From: an uncultured virus (IMG/VR IMGVR_UViG_2847556114_000004)
Lineage: Duplodnaviria; Heunggongvirae; Uroviricota; Caudoviricetes
IMG/VR virus record: IMGVR_UViG_2847556114_000004
Reading direction: 5' to 3' (one strand)
DNA length: 34,732 nucleotides
The notes below the pieces were generated by a model that searched no databases, was not told the DNA's origin, and saw only the letters and a list, made by a program, of their open reading frames with translations. Positions 16,082 to 25,074 of the stretch are shown here, piece by piece. Both the position numbers and the translations under genes were made by a program. How positions within the stretch are numbered: position 1 is the first letter of the stretch; each line of letters opens with the position of its first letter.

Positions 16082-16944
16082 ATCTACCCCATCTGGCCCA
16101 GCGATTATTTAACACCCCGCTGGCGCTGCACCCGAGTAAAGCCGAAGTCATCATGGCATCCGTAATGGACCGATTTGGTATCAGTAAAATCGAATCTTCT
16201 CTTGCCATGGAGGATGACTGGTACGGATATGACGATAACCGGGGACGTGAATCCCGTAGTGATCCGGGTTATGACAATGTGCTGGGTGTCGCCGTCATCC
16301 CGATATGCGGAACGCTGGTGCAAAAACTGGGCAGTCTGCGTCCGTACAGTGGAATGACAGGGTATGACGGCATTCGTCAGGCGTTTCTTACTGCGATGGA
16401 AGATCCCGACATTTCGGGCATTTGCCTGGATATCGACTCACCCGGCGGCGAGGTCGCTGGATGCTTCGATCTGGTTGATGTCATTTACGGCTCCCGGGGG
16501 AAAAAGCCTATCCATGCCATTCTGACGGAAAGCGCTTATTCCGCTGCGTATGCCATTGCCAGTGCAGCGGACCGGATTTCTGTTCCGCGCACCGGCGGAG
16601 TGGGTTCTGTGGGTGTGATCACCATGCACCTTGACTGGACGCAGCGGATTAAAGATGACGGTCTTAAAGTTACGATCATCACCTATGGATCCCGCAAGGC
16701 TGAAGGTTCGCCGCTGAGAGAGTTGTCAGATGAAGCGCTGGCCGCCATCCAGCAGGACATTAACACCATGGGCGAATTGTTTGTGAACACTGTTGCCAGA
16801 AACCGGGGGATTAGCGCAAAGGTTATAAAAAGTACCCAGGCCGCCTGTTTTATGGCTGCTGATGGCGTTGAAATTGGACTGGCTGATGAGGTGTGTCCTC
16901 CTGACGCTGCGTTCAAAAACTTACTTGAAAAAACAGGAGCCTGA
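16078..16944 (+). CDS. Prohead maturation protease (S49 family, gpC-like)
   Basis: LDIDSPGGEV, AYSAAYAIAS, VGSVGV motifs. Confidence 0.93.
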   Translation: MNLPHLAQRLFNTPLALHPSKAEVIMASVMDRFGISKIESSLAMEDDWYGYDDNRGRESRSDPGYDNVLGVAVIPICGTLVQKLGSLRPYSGMTGYDGIRQAFLTAMEDPDISGICLDIDSPGGEVAGCFDLVDVIYGSRGKKPIHAILTESAYSAAYAIASAADRISVPRTGGVGSVGVITMHLDWTQRIKDDGLKVTIITYGSRKAEGSPLRELSDEALAAIQQDINTMGELFVNTVARNRGISAKVIKSTQAACFMAADGVEIGLADEVCPPDAAFKNLLEKTGA

Positions 16945-16945
16945 A

Positions 16946-17536
16946 ATGGCAAAGAAAAAGACGTTTAGTTTTGCTCACCTCATTGGTCTTGGCCCTTCCG
17001 CTTCTGAGGAAGAAGAGGATAAAAAAGCCAAAAAAGCGAAAGCCCGTCGCGCGGAAGAGGACGAGCGCGAAGATGATGCCGATGATGATGAGCGCGACGA
17101 CGACGCGGAAGAAGACGAACGCGACGATGATGCTGAAGATGACGGCGATGATCCGGATGCGTCAGAAGATGATGATTCTGAAGACGACGGCGACGACGAT
17201 CGCAAAGAGAGTAAGGCGGTAAAAAATGCACGCGCTGCTGAGCGTAAACGCTGTGCCCGTATTTTCGGCAGTAAGCATGCAGCTGCGAATCCTTCACTGG
17301 CCGCGTCACTGGCTTTCAATACCGGGATGAGTTCTGCGGCAGCAATTAATGTCCTAGCCTCTTCGGCTCCGGCCGCAGCCGCATCTCAGCCATCCCGTAA
17401 ACGCTCTCTCGATCAGCGTATGCAGGAAAGCCACCAGGTCCGGCTTAATCCGGATAGCGGACAGAAAGAGACCGGAAAGTCTGCGCTGGTAAGTAAAATG
17501 ACCGGCCTCTACAACTCCACAAGAGGAGAGAAATAA
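16946..17536 (+). CDS. Probable scaffolding protein with acidic repeat tract
   Basis: ATG 16946 after AGGAG; AERKRCARI motif typical of Nu3-like scaffolds; lies between protease and decoration gene. Confidence 0.75.
   Translation: MAKKKTFSFAHLIGLGPSASEEEEDKKAKKAKARRAEEDEREDDADDDERDDDAEEDERDDDAEDDGDDPDASEDDDSEDDGDDDRKESKAVKNARAAERKRCARIFGSKHAAANPSLAASLAFNTGMSSAAAINVLASSAPAAAASQPSRKRSLDQRMQESHQVRLNPDSGQKETGKSALVSKMTGLYNSTRGEK
17051..17200 (+). repeat. Degenerate 27-nt (9-aa) coding tandem repeat, AEEDERDDD-like
   Basis: AEEDEREDD ADDDERDDD AEEDERDDD AEDDGDD... in the scaffold ORF. Confidence 0.7.
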
Positions 17537-17940
17537 TGGATCAGTTTGGTCAGAATGCGTTTGCGCCTGGCATGAAGAGCGCGCTGTTTGTTCCGGATCA
17601 GCTTGTCGCTGGCACGCTCCAGCTGGTGACTGACACCGGGATCATTACGGGCGGTGCCTTTAAGCGTGGTACTGTCCTGGGCCTGGTGGCTGCCAGCGGG
17701 AAATACACGCAATGTGTGAAAACGGCTGAAGATGGCAGTCAGTTACCCGTTGCTATTCTGGTTGATGATGTTGATGCATCGTCTTCCGATCAGAACGGCG
17801 GCCTGTATCTGATGGGGGAATTCAACCAGCACCGAATTATTTTTGATAACTCCTGGACGACCGCTGACCTGAAAAAAGCGCTCCGACCGCTGGCTATCTT
17901 CCTGAAAGACAGTGACCAGGCACCTGTAACCACCTCCTGA
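17536..17940 (+). CDS. Head decoration protein (gpD-like)
   Basis: KRGTVLG...DGSQLPVAIL...YLMGEFN motifs; upstream of the capsid gene. Confidence 0.9.
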   Translation: MDQFGQNAFAPGMKSALFVPDQLVAGTLQLVTDTGIITGGAFKRGTVLGLVAASGKYTQCVKTAEDGSQLPVAILVDDVDASSSDQNGGLYLMGEFNQHRIIFDNSWTTADLKKALRPLAIFLKDSDQAPVTTS

Positions 17941-18037
17941 TTTCCCCCACGGCTCTCCTGACGAATGCTTTAACCGGCAGGGGCTGGCTCGTTTAAATTT
18001 TTTGCCAGCTGCGGCTGGCACTATCAAGAGACTGAAT

Positions 18038-19087
18038 ATGGAAAATATTTTTGATACCAGCGTGCTGGTGCAGGTTGTTCCTAACCTGAAAACCAGTCAG
18101 AACTGGCTGCTCGATCGCTTCTTCCCGAATGTCGTGACTTACGAGACTGAAGAAGTGGCGATTGATGTTGATGTCGGCCTGCGTCGTATGGCGCCGTTCG
18201 TCTCCCCGCTGGTGGAAGGTAAGCTGGTCGAATCCCGTAAATACCAGACCAATACCTTCAAACCGGCATACATCAAAGATAAGCGCGCGCCGGACCTGCG
18301 CAAACCTATCCGCCGCCAGATTGGTGAGCGTATTGGCGGGGAATATACCGCTGCCGAGCGCGAAATGCTGAACCTTCAGTTTGAAATGACTGACCAGATT
18401 GACATGATCAACCGTCGTCTGGAATGGATGGCGGCGAGTGCGCTGGTGTCTGGGACCGTAACCGTCGCCGGGGAGGGCTATGAAACTAAGGTGGTGGATT
18501 TCGGGCGTGCTTCGGATCTGACCATCACTCTTAGCGGCTCGGATAAATGGCCACTGACCGTTGCAGCTGGCGCTACCAATACCCAGCCATCAGATGACAT
18601 TGAAATCTGGCAGACTACTTTCCTGAAAGAGTCCGGCTCTGTCGCCACGGATCTGGTCTTTACGAATAAGTCATGGCGTGCATTCCGACTGGATACCACC
18701 ATCAAGGATAACGCCATTACATTCCCGGCGCTGAGCCCGTTTGGTAACCAGATTAACGCCGGCCCACAGGTAATGAAGGGCGCAATTTATAAAGGGCGCT
18801 GGGGTAACTTTGACCTCTGGTTATATAACGACTGGTTTATTGACCCGCTGGACAACGTCGAGAAGCCTATGATCCCCGATGGCGCTGTCATTATGAGTGG
18901 TGCCGATCTGATGGGTACCCGCGCCTTTGGCGTTATCCTGGACCCGGCTTTCAACTACGGTCCGCTGGCTTATGCGCCAAAATCCTGGGTGAAAGAAGAT
19001 CCAGCCCAGCGTCTTATCCTGATGCAATCCTCCCCGCTGGTTATTCCGAGCCGGGTAAATGCATCCCTCTGCGCAACGGTGGTCTGA
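18038..19087 (+). CDS. Major capsid protein (lambda gpE family)
   Basis: LLDRFFP, MAPFVSP, FKPAYIK, RRLEWMAA, QSSPL motifs. Confidence 0.95.
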   Translation: MENIFDTSVLVQVVPNLKTSQNWLLDRFFPNVVTYETEEVAIDVDVGLRRMAPFVSPLVEGKLVESRKYQTNTFKPAYIKDKRAPDLRKPIRRQIGERIGGEYTAAEREMLNLQFEMTDQIDMINRRLEWMAASALVSGTVTVAGEGYETKVVDFGRASDLTITLSGSDKWPLTVAAGATNTQPSDDIEIWQTTFLKESGSVATDLVFTNKSWRAFRLDTTIKDNAITFPALSPFGNQINAGPQVMKGAIYKGRWGNFDLWLYNDWFIDPLDNVEKPMIPDGAVIMSGADLMGTRAFGVILDPAFNYGPLAYAPKSWVKEDPAQRLILMQSSPLVIPSRVNASLCATVV

Positions 19088-19088
19088 T

Positions 19089-19469
19089 ATGGCAAAACAA
19101 CCTAATACCGGGCTGGCTGATGATCTGAATGCAGAAGGATCTGCCAAAGACGGCCTGAGCGTTGACGACCTGAATGCTGGCGATAACACCCAGGAAAAAC
19201 AGCCTTTGAGCAAAACAGATGATGCCGAATTGTCTGTTGATGACGATGGTGGTGACGAAAAATCCGGAGACACTGAATCGCAGGAGTATGTGGTGTTGAA
19301 AGGGAATTGCATTCGTCATGACGGGGAGATGTACCGCGAAAATATGCGCATCCCTGTAACCGGCAAAGATGCTGAGCGTCTTCTGCAGTCCGGCGTTATT
19401 GCTGATGTTGATGTGCTTCGTAAGCGAGTTCTTGCTTCTCAGCCATCAGTTTCAGTTACGACAGGGTAA
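19089..19469 (+). CDS. Head-region hypothetical protein (gpFI position)
   Basis: Follows the capsid gene; acidic N-terminus; YVVLKGNCIRHDG...AERLLQSGVI domain. Confidence 0.65.
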   Translation: MAKQPNTGLADDLNAEGSAKDGLSVDDLNAGDNTQEKQPLSKTDDAELSVDDDGGDEKSGDTESQEYVVLKGNCIRHDGEMYRENMRIPVTGKDAERLLQSGVIADVDVLRKRVLASQPSVSVTTG

Positions 19470-19473
19470 TGAC

Positions 19474-19833
19474 ATGGGCGTGGACTGGGATTCTCATCTT
19501 CTGAGTCCGCTGCATGATGTCTTTGGCGATGAGCACGAGTACCGTCCACGTAACGGTACTCCTTTTACAATTAACGGGATTTTTGACCGTGGTTATGCGC
19601 AGGTTGCTGAAAACCTTGATGGCGATTCAGAAATTAACACCTCCAGCCCGATGTTGGGTGTGCGCGATGCTGAATTTCGCAAGCTGGGTAAATCGCAACC
19701 TGCTGTATCTGACCGGGTATTTATAAAGACGGTCGGTGGTCACATCATCAATCAGTTATTTGTTGTGTCAAACGTCGAACCCGACAGTCATGGCGGATCT
19801 CGTCTTGTCCTCAATGTGGTAAAACCGCGATGA
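19474..19833 (+). CDS. Head-tail joining protein (gpFII-like)
   Basis: FGDE...GIFD...EPDSHGG..LVL beta-rich pattern; synteny. Confidence 0.75.
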   Translation: MGVDWDSHLLSPLHDVFGDEHEYRPRNGTPFTINGIFDRGYAQVAENLDGDSEINTSSPMLGVRDAEFRKLGKSQPAVSDRVFIKTVGGHIINQLFVVSNVEPDSHGGSRLVLNVVKPR

Positions 19834-20375
19834 ATTCAGCAGCGATACGGCAAATGGTTGTCACTGCACTAACCGGGACAACCAGCGCGGGCGACCGCGT
19901 ATTCTCTCCACGCGACTGGTCAACTTCACCAGATATGTATCCTGTGTTGTTGGTTCAGACGCCTTTTGAACAGAAAAAATCACAGGGGCGTAATACCCCT
20001 GCTTTTACCACCCTCACCACTGTCAGGATCACTGGGCGCGTTCAGGAGTATGACGGCGATACAGTGGATGATGGAGCCATGCGGGCAGAGCTGGCGCTTG
20101 AAAGCCTTCGCGAGCAGGTGGAGCGCGCGGTGATCAACAGCTACGAACTGACGCGGAATATTCAGAAATACGCGGAAGTTCGTTCAACCATCAATGTTGA
20201 TTCAGAAGGAGAGGCCCATATGGGGCAGCTTCTTTTCGAGATCGACATAGAGCATTACCAGGGGCCGGAAGATTTTTATCCTGTCCAGTCGGTTCCCCTT
20301 GAGGGCATGGATATTGCGGTCGACATGCCAGACGGCACAGTTAAACCGGGTATCAGCCTCAATCTTCAGGAGTAA
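19830..20375 (+). CDS. Tail terminator/completion protein
   Basis: IRQMVVTAL...TSAGDRVFSPR motif; position before DUF2635 and sheath. Confidence 0.7.
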   Translation: MNSAAIRQMVVTALTGTTSAGDRVFSPRDWSTSPDMYPVLLVQTPFEQKKSQGRNTPAFTTLTTVRITGRVQEYDGDTVDDGAMRAELALESLREQVERAVINSYELTRNIQKYAEVRSTINVDSEGEAHMGQLLFEIDIEHYQGPEDFYPVQSVPLEGMDIAVDMPDGTVKPGISLNLQE

Positions 20376-20378
20376 TCC

Positions 20379-20576
20379 ATGTTTGTTAAGCCGAACAACG
20401 GGCTCAGCGTTCGCTGTCCCGTCAAGGGCATCCCATTGCCTAAAGAGGGTGCTGAAGTACCTGACAATATTTTCTGGCGTCGCCGTCTGAGCGATGGGGA
20501 CGTGATCCTCTCTAAAAAGGATGAGGGCGCGCCAGAGAAACAATCATTACCTAAAAAAGCGGGAGAAAATGAATGA
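20379..20576 (+). CDS. DUF2635 family protein (Mu gp38-like)
   Basis: MFVKP..G..VRCP...LP.EGAEVP...FWRRRL.DGDV signature. Confidence 0.88.
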   Translation: MFVKPNNGLSVRCPVKGIPLPKEGAEVPDNIFWRRRLSDGDVILSKKDEGAPEKQSLPKKAGENE

Positions 20577-22075
20577 CCGTACCTTTCGCTCGTGTTCCCG
20601 ATAACCTGCGGGTAGGGCTTTTCTTCGTTGAGTTTGATAACTCAATGGCCAATAACGCCACTGCCACGCAGCGCACCCTGCTTATCGGTGGGATGCTCAG
20701 TACCGGCTCAACCCCCCCTGGTATTCCGCAGCGAGTTTCCTCTTCGGATACCGTCGGTGAGCTGACAGGAAAAGGGGGAATTCTGCAGGCCATGATGGCG
20801 GCGTATCAGAAAAATGATACCGCAGCCGAAGTCTGGATCCTGCCGCTGGAGGAAGACTCCGATTCCATGGTGGCTGCAACCGGCACCATTAAAGTGAGCA
20901 GCGCACCGACGGCAACCGGAGTGATCTCCCTTTATATTGCTGGTGAGCGCATTCAGTTGACCGTTGTAGCAACAGATACGGTGGCAGCGATCGCCACCTC
21001 TCTGGCCGCGGCGATTAACGCAAAAACCACGCTACCTGTAACCGCCAGTGCGACTACGGATACCGTAACCCTGACCGCGAAGAATCTTGGTGCTACGGGT
21101 AATGGGATCGACATTCGCCTGAACTTCCTCGGCTTACCTGGAGGCGAGTCCACACCTGCAGGCCTGGAACTGACGATTACTGCTATGTCTAACGGAGTCG
21201 GGGCTCCGGATATTACCGGCGCGCTGGCAAACCTGCAGGATCGGACATTCGATTTCATCATCAACCCTTACGACGATACAACCTCGTTGAATGTGATGAA
21301 GGAGTTCCTATCAGACACTGGCGGTCGCTGGGCATGGGACAAGCAGCTTTATGGCCATTCCTTTGGTACCACCACCGGGACTTACGCCCAGCTCGGTACC
21401 AAAGGTGAGCTGCGCAATAACCAGCATGAGACCCTGCTGGGCGTAAATAAATCGCCGTCCCCTTCCTGGGCATGGTCTGCAGCTTACACCGGCGCAGCTG
21501 CGGTGAGTCTGCGTAATGACCCCGGCCGCCCGCTACAGTCGCTCGCTGTTCAGGGGGTGCTTGCGCCAGAACTGCAGGATCGCTTTGAGCTGACCGAGCG
21601 TAACAATCTGCTGTACAGCGGCATTTCGACATTTACGGTCGATGACGATGGCACGGTGCGCATTGAAAACCTGATCACCACCTACCAGAAAAACAGCTAT
21701 GGCGATGCAGATGACAGTTATCTGGAAGTGGAGACGCTGTTCAGCCTGATGTTTGTGACCCGCTACCTGCGCACAGCGGTGACCAGCAAGTTTGGCCGTA
21801 TGAAGCTTGCTGCGGATGGAACCCGATTTGCACCTGGCGCGGCGATCGTCACGCCAAACATTATCAAGGCCGATCAGATTGCCGAGTACCAGACTCTGGT
21901 ATGGAACGGTTATGCGCAGGATGCGGAGGCATTCGCAAAAAATATCATCGTCGAGCAGAACGCCAAAAATCCGAACCGCGTCGATGTGCTGTGGCCGGGA
22001 ACCCTCATGAACCAGTTGCGCATTTTCGCGCTGCTCAATCAGTTCCGCACTCGGGCTGAATCAACAGGAGCTTAA
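20573..22075 (+). CDS. Contractile tail sheath protein (Mu gpL-like)
   Basis: FFVEFDNS, DPGRPLQ, ERNNLLYSGIST, ITTYQKN, NRVDVL motifs. Confidence 0.95.
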   Translation: MTVPFARVPDNLRVGLFFVEFDNSMANNATATQRTLLIGGMLSTGSTPPGIPQRVSSSDTVGELTGKGGILQAMMAAYQKNDTAAEVWILPLEEDSDSMVAATGTIKVSSAPTATGVISLYIAGERIQLTVVATDTVAAIATSLAAAINAKTTLPVTASATTDTVTLTAKNLGATGNGIDIRLNFLGLPGGESTPAGLELTITAMSNGVGAPDITGALANLQDRTFDFIINPYDDTTSLNVMKEFLSDTGGRWAWDKQLYGHSFGTTTGTYAQLGTKGELRNNQHETLLGVNKSPSPSWAWSAAYTGAAAVSLRNDPGRPLQSLAVQGVLAPELQDRFELTERNNLLYSGISTFTVDDDGTVRIENLITTYQKNSYGDADDSYLEVETLFSLMFVTRYLRTAVTSKFGRMKLAADGTRFAPGAAIVTPNIIKADQIAEYQTLVWNGYAQDAEAFAKNIIVEQNAKNPNRVDVLWPGTLMNQLRIFALLNQFRTRAESTGA

Positions 22076-22078
22076 ACG

Positions 22079-22450
22079 ATGGCAGGTGATACTACTAACC
22101 GCCTGGCGGGAACCGCCTATGTCACTGTTAACGGTGTGACGGTAATGGTGGAGGGCTCGTTTAAATACCAGGCTGCCACCGTAAACCGTACCACCCTGAC
22201 AGGGATGGATGGTGTGCACGGATATAAGGAAAAACCTGTGGCGCCATACATTTCTGCCCGACTGCGTGACAGTGGCGGAACGAATGTGCAGGGCTTTAAC
22301 CAGCAGACGAACGTCAACGTGATCGCCGAGCTGGCTAACGGGAAAACTATCATTGGCCGTTCACTCTGGACGGTCAACGTCCAGGAAGTGGAAAGCGAAG
22401 ATGCAGTATTTGATGTTCGCTGGGAAGGCCGCGACGTAACGGAGAACTAA
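22079..22450 (+). CDS. Tail tube protein (Mu gpM-like)
   Basis: RLAGTAYV, GMDGVHGYKE, ELANGK motifs. Confidence 0.92.
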   Translation: MAGDTTNRLAGTAYVTVNGVTVMVEGSFKYQAATVNRTTLTGMDGVHGYKEKPVAPYISARLRDSGGTNVQGFNQQTNVNVIAELANGKTIIGRSLWTVNVQEVESEDAVFDVRWEGRDVTEN

Positions 22451-22451
22451 G

Positions 22452-22730
22452 ATGGCTGAGATTGAACGCGTTAAAACCATTCCATTAACCGTAGCGCTGG
22501 ATGATGCTGCGGAGAAGACCACTTATACGCAGCTGGAGCTGAAAGCACCCACGCTAAGCCAGGCTGAGCAGTTTTATGAGAAACAGGCTGCGTCAACGTC
22601 GCTCGCGGCGATGCGCCTGCTTATTGCGCTGGTTTCCGGTACGCGTGAAAGCGTACTGCAGCCGATGGATTTTCTCGACTTCCGTAAGTGTGAGGAGTAT
22701 CTGCTCAGTTTTTTGACCTGGAAGCCCTGA
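22452..22730 (+). CDS. Tail assembly chaperone (gpE/gp41-like)
   Basis: LELKAPT...LIALVSG...MDFLDF; lies between tube and tape measure. Confidence 0.85.
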   Translation: MAEIERVKTIPLTVALDDAAEKTTYTQLELKAPTLSQAEQFYEKQAASTSLAAMRLLIALVSGTRESVLQPMDFLDFRKCEEYLLSFLTWKP

Positions 22731-22879
22731 CAACCTGGCAGGAAATGGCCGCTGACGTCACCTTCTATTTCCGCTGGTCTGAGGACAGGGCGTGGGGAAT
22801 GACCCGCGCCCGGCTGAAATGGTGGGTGGCGCAGGCATCCCGGATAAACAAGCTTAGGAAACCTGAAGACGATGAGTAA
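22709..22879 (+). CDS. -1 frameshift extension of the tail chaperone (E+E'/GT-like)
   Basis: Slippery T TTT TTG at 22709-22715; the -1 frame reads DLEALTTWQEMAADVTFYFRWSEDRAWGMTRARLKWWVAQASRINKLRKPEDDE* to 22879, resembling P2 E'. Confidence 0.8.
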   Translation, partial: FFDLEALTTWQEMAADVTFYFRWSEDRAWGMTRARLKWWVAQASRINKLRKPEDDE

Positions 22880-24731
22880 TTCTTTTGATTTTGAGCTGGT
22901 GGCCAGCGACCAGGTTAGCGAGGCTATAGACCGCATTAATGAGGCTGTCCGTGACCTGGAGCCGAAGCTAGATAAAACTAAAGAAGGGCTCAAGTTAGGC
23001 GGTCAGGAAACAGCCGACGGACTGAGCGGTTTTATTTCTCGCCTCGAGAATATGTCGAAGAGCGCGCGGGATAACGTGCAGTTTATTGGCGACATGGTTC
23101 CCCCACTGAAAATGGTGGGGGAGCTCACGGGGAAGATGGGGGCGCTGGGGTTAGCCGGTGCTGCCGGCTACGGACTGAAACAGGTCGCTTATGGATTTCG
23201 GGAGGCATCCCGTCAGGCCTATAATCTTGATGTCTCGGCAAAAAATGCGGGAATGCGTGTAGACGATTTTTCCCGTCTTGCTGGAGCGATGCGCATCCTT
23301 GGCGCTGATAGTGAAAGTGCCAATGCTTCTATCGATGGTATGGCGAAAACGCTGAAAGAAGCCGCCAGTGGCGCGAATGGGCAGGTACTTGGTGCGCTCG
23401 CACAGATCGGTGTTCAGATACAGAAAAATAATGATGGTTCTGTTGATACGCTAAAAACATTACAGGAGATTGCTCGTGTCTTCCCTTCGTTGCGGCCTGA
23501 GCAACAAAAGTCCGTAGCGGATGCTCTTGGGCTGACGCCAGAAATGTTGGCGTTAATGCGTGAAGGTGAGCGCATGAAAACGCTGCTGGCTAAATCTGAT
23601 GAGTTTGGTCTGACTGTGGATCCGGCACTAAATCAGCAATTGAGTGAAGTGAACGGCACTATGAATGAGCTCAGCGCATCCTGGGATGGTCTGTGGCAAC
23701 GTTCAAAAAACAAGGCACTTAAGACCATTCTTTCGGATGGTTCAGTCAAAGACGGCCTTGAAGGTGTTACCGATCTGTTCACTAATGGTGATTTTACTGG
23801 GCTGTCTCATGCTCTCGGTTTTATCAACAGCAATGATGCTGAGAAACTACGGCGCATTCAGAACGATAAGGAACTTTATAACAGCTTACCCCGCAGTGAA
23901 CGTGGGCAGGTTGACGCGGGTTTCATGACTGATGCTGTAAGAAAGCGGTACGATGCGAATTACCGCGCGACCGATTCTGCGATTCAATTGCAGAATGACT
24001 TATCCGCTATCAGCCAGCCACAATCCAACGTTGCACGCGGCAATGTTCCTTACGGGGAAACAAGGAATAACGCAATTGGCTTCAGAAATAATAATCCCGG
24101 TAATTTGAGGGTTGCAGCAAACGCAACGGGTAAAAATGGCGGATTTTCTACCTTTGCGAATGATGCCGACGGAAGAGCTGCAATGGCGAGACAGCTGATG
24201 TTGTATGGTGACAGGGGGAATAATACTCTGGATGGGATTATTCATACCTATGCTCCGCAATCAGAGAATAATACTCGTGCATATATTGACTCCGTCTCAA
24301 AAGCCACTGGATATGGAGCCAAAGAGCAAGTAAATCTGCACGATCCGGAAACATTAAAAACGATAATGGCAGCCATGATTAAACATGAGAATGGCGCACA
24401 ACCTTATACTGAGGAACAACTGCTAAACGCCATCCAGACCGCCATTACTGATGATCGGTGGTCAGGGAAGAGAAATCCGGATGTGCTGGCCCAGCAGCGG
24501 TATGACATTATCTCTGGATCACGCGGCGTGGATCAAGAACCCACGATACTCAGAACACAACAAGGGAAAAGTGATGAAGTTGCCCTTAGTGAAAATCTGG
24601 CGCGGTCGTTTAAGGAGGCCATGTCCGATCAGTCTCTCAAGCTTGAAATCACGATGGTCAATGATAAGGGGGAGCGTAAAACCTATAATGCGGAAAATAA
24701 TGGCAGAATAACAACGGCCATGAATTACTGA
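22872..24731 (+). CDS. Tape measure protein with C-terminal lysozyme-like/transglycosylase domain
   Basis: FDFELVASDQVS start, helical body, NNPGNLR...FSTF...II.TYAP..ENNT.AYI..V motif. Confidence 0.85.
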   Translation: MSNSFDFELVASDQVSEAIDRINEAVRDLEPKLDKTKEGLKLGGQETADGLSGFISRLENMSKSARDNVQFIGDMVPPLKMVGELTGKMGALGLAGAAGYGLKQVAYGFREASRQAYNLDVSAKNAGMRVDDFSRLAGAMRILGADSESANASIDGMAKTLKEAASGANGQVLGALAQIGVQIQKNNDGSVDTLKTLQEIARVFPSLRPEQQKSVADALGLTPEMLALMREGERMKTLLAKSDEFGLTVDPALNQQLSEVNGTMNELSASWDGLWQRSKNKALKTILSDGSVKDGLEGVTDLFTNGDFTGLSHALGFINSNDAEKLRRIQNDKELYNSLPRSERGQVDAGFMTDAVRKRYDANYRATDSAIQLQNDLSAISQPQSNVARGNVPYGETRNNAIGFRNNNPGNLRVAANATGKNGGFSTFANDADGRAAMARQLMLYGDRGNNTLDGIIHTYAPQSENNTRAYIDSVSKATGYGAKEQVNLHDPETLKTIMAAMIKHENGAQPYTEEQLLNAIQTAITDDRWSGKRNPDVLAQQRYDIISGSRGVDQEPTILRTQQGKSDEVALSENLARSFKEAMSDQSLKLEITMVNDKGERKTYNAENNGRITTAMNY

Positions 24732-24762
24732 TCACTGTCGTCATTTCGTTAAGGAAGAAGTT

Positions 24763-25011
24763 ATGAATGAAAAAGTTTTTGGAGCAAAAGCCATTTAGAC
24801 TCCAAAGGTTTTTGCGCTTGTTTACCTGGTAATTGGCATTTTCCTCGTTTTTTCTGTTGTCTCAATGAATTTCACGGCGATTACGATATCGGTGGTAAGT
24901 GCATTGCTTTTACGTGTGCTTTATGAGTTCCTAATGAACTCATTCAAGGCGACTGAGCATCTTTACAGGATCGCCGAATCTCTTGACCGTAATGGATCCA
25001 GCGATAAATAG
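24763..25011 (+). pseudogene. DUF4282-like small membrane protein with premature TAG (absent from the ORF track)
   Basis: AAGGAAG RBS; MNEKVFGAKAI*TPKVFALVYLVIGIFLVFSVVSMNFTAITISVVSALLLRVLYEFLMNSFKATEHLYRIAESLDRNGSSDK; TAG at 24796-24798. Confidence 0.65.
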
Positions 25012-25034
25012 ATAAGTCATTTCAGTGCATATGT

Positions 25035-25059
25035 AAACCGCCGACATGGCGGTTTTTTT
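25035..25059 (+). terminator. Intrinsic terminator after the tail moron
   Basis: AAACCGCC-GACAT-GGCGGTTT-TTTT. Confidence 0.8.
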
Positions 25060-25074
25060 ATTTCCGGAGGCGTG

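Noticed and set aside
8567..24798. Stop-codon recoding suggested by two internal stops
   Set aside because: The stops differ (TAA at 8567, TAG at 24796), both are used as normal stops elsewhere, and no suppressor tRNA is in the window.
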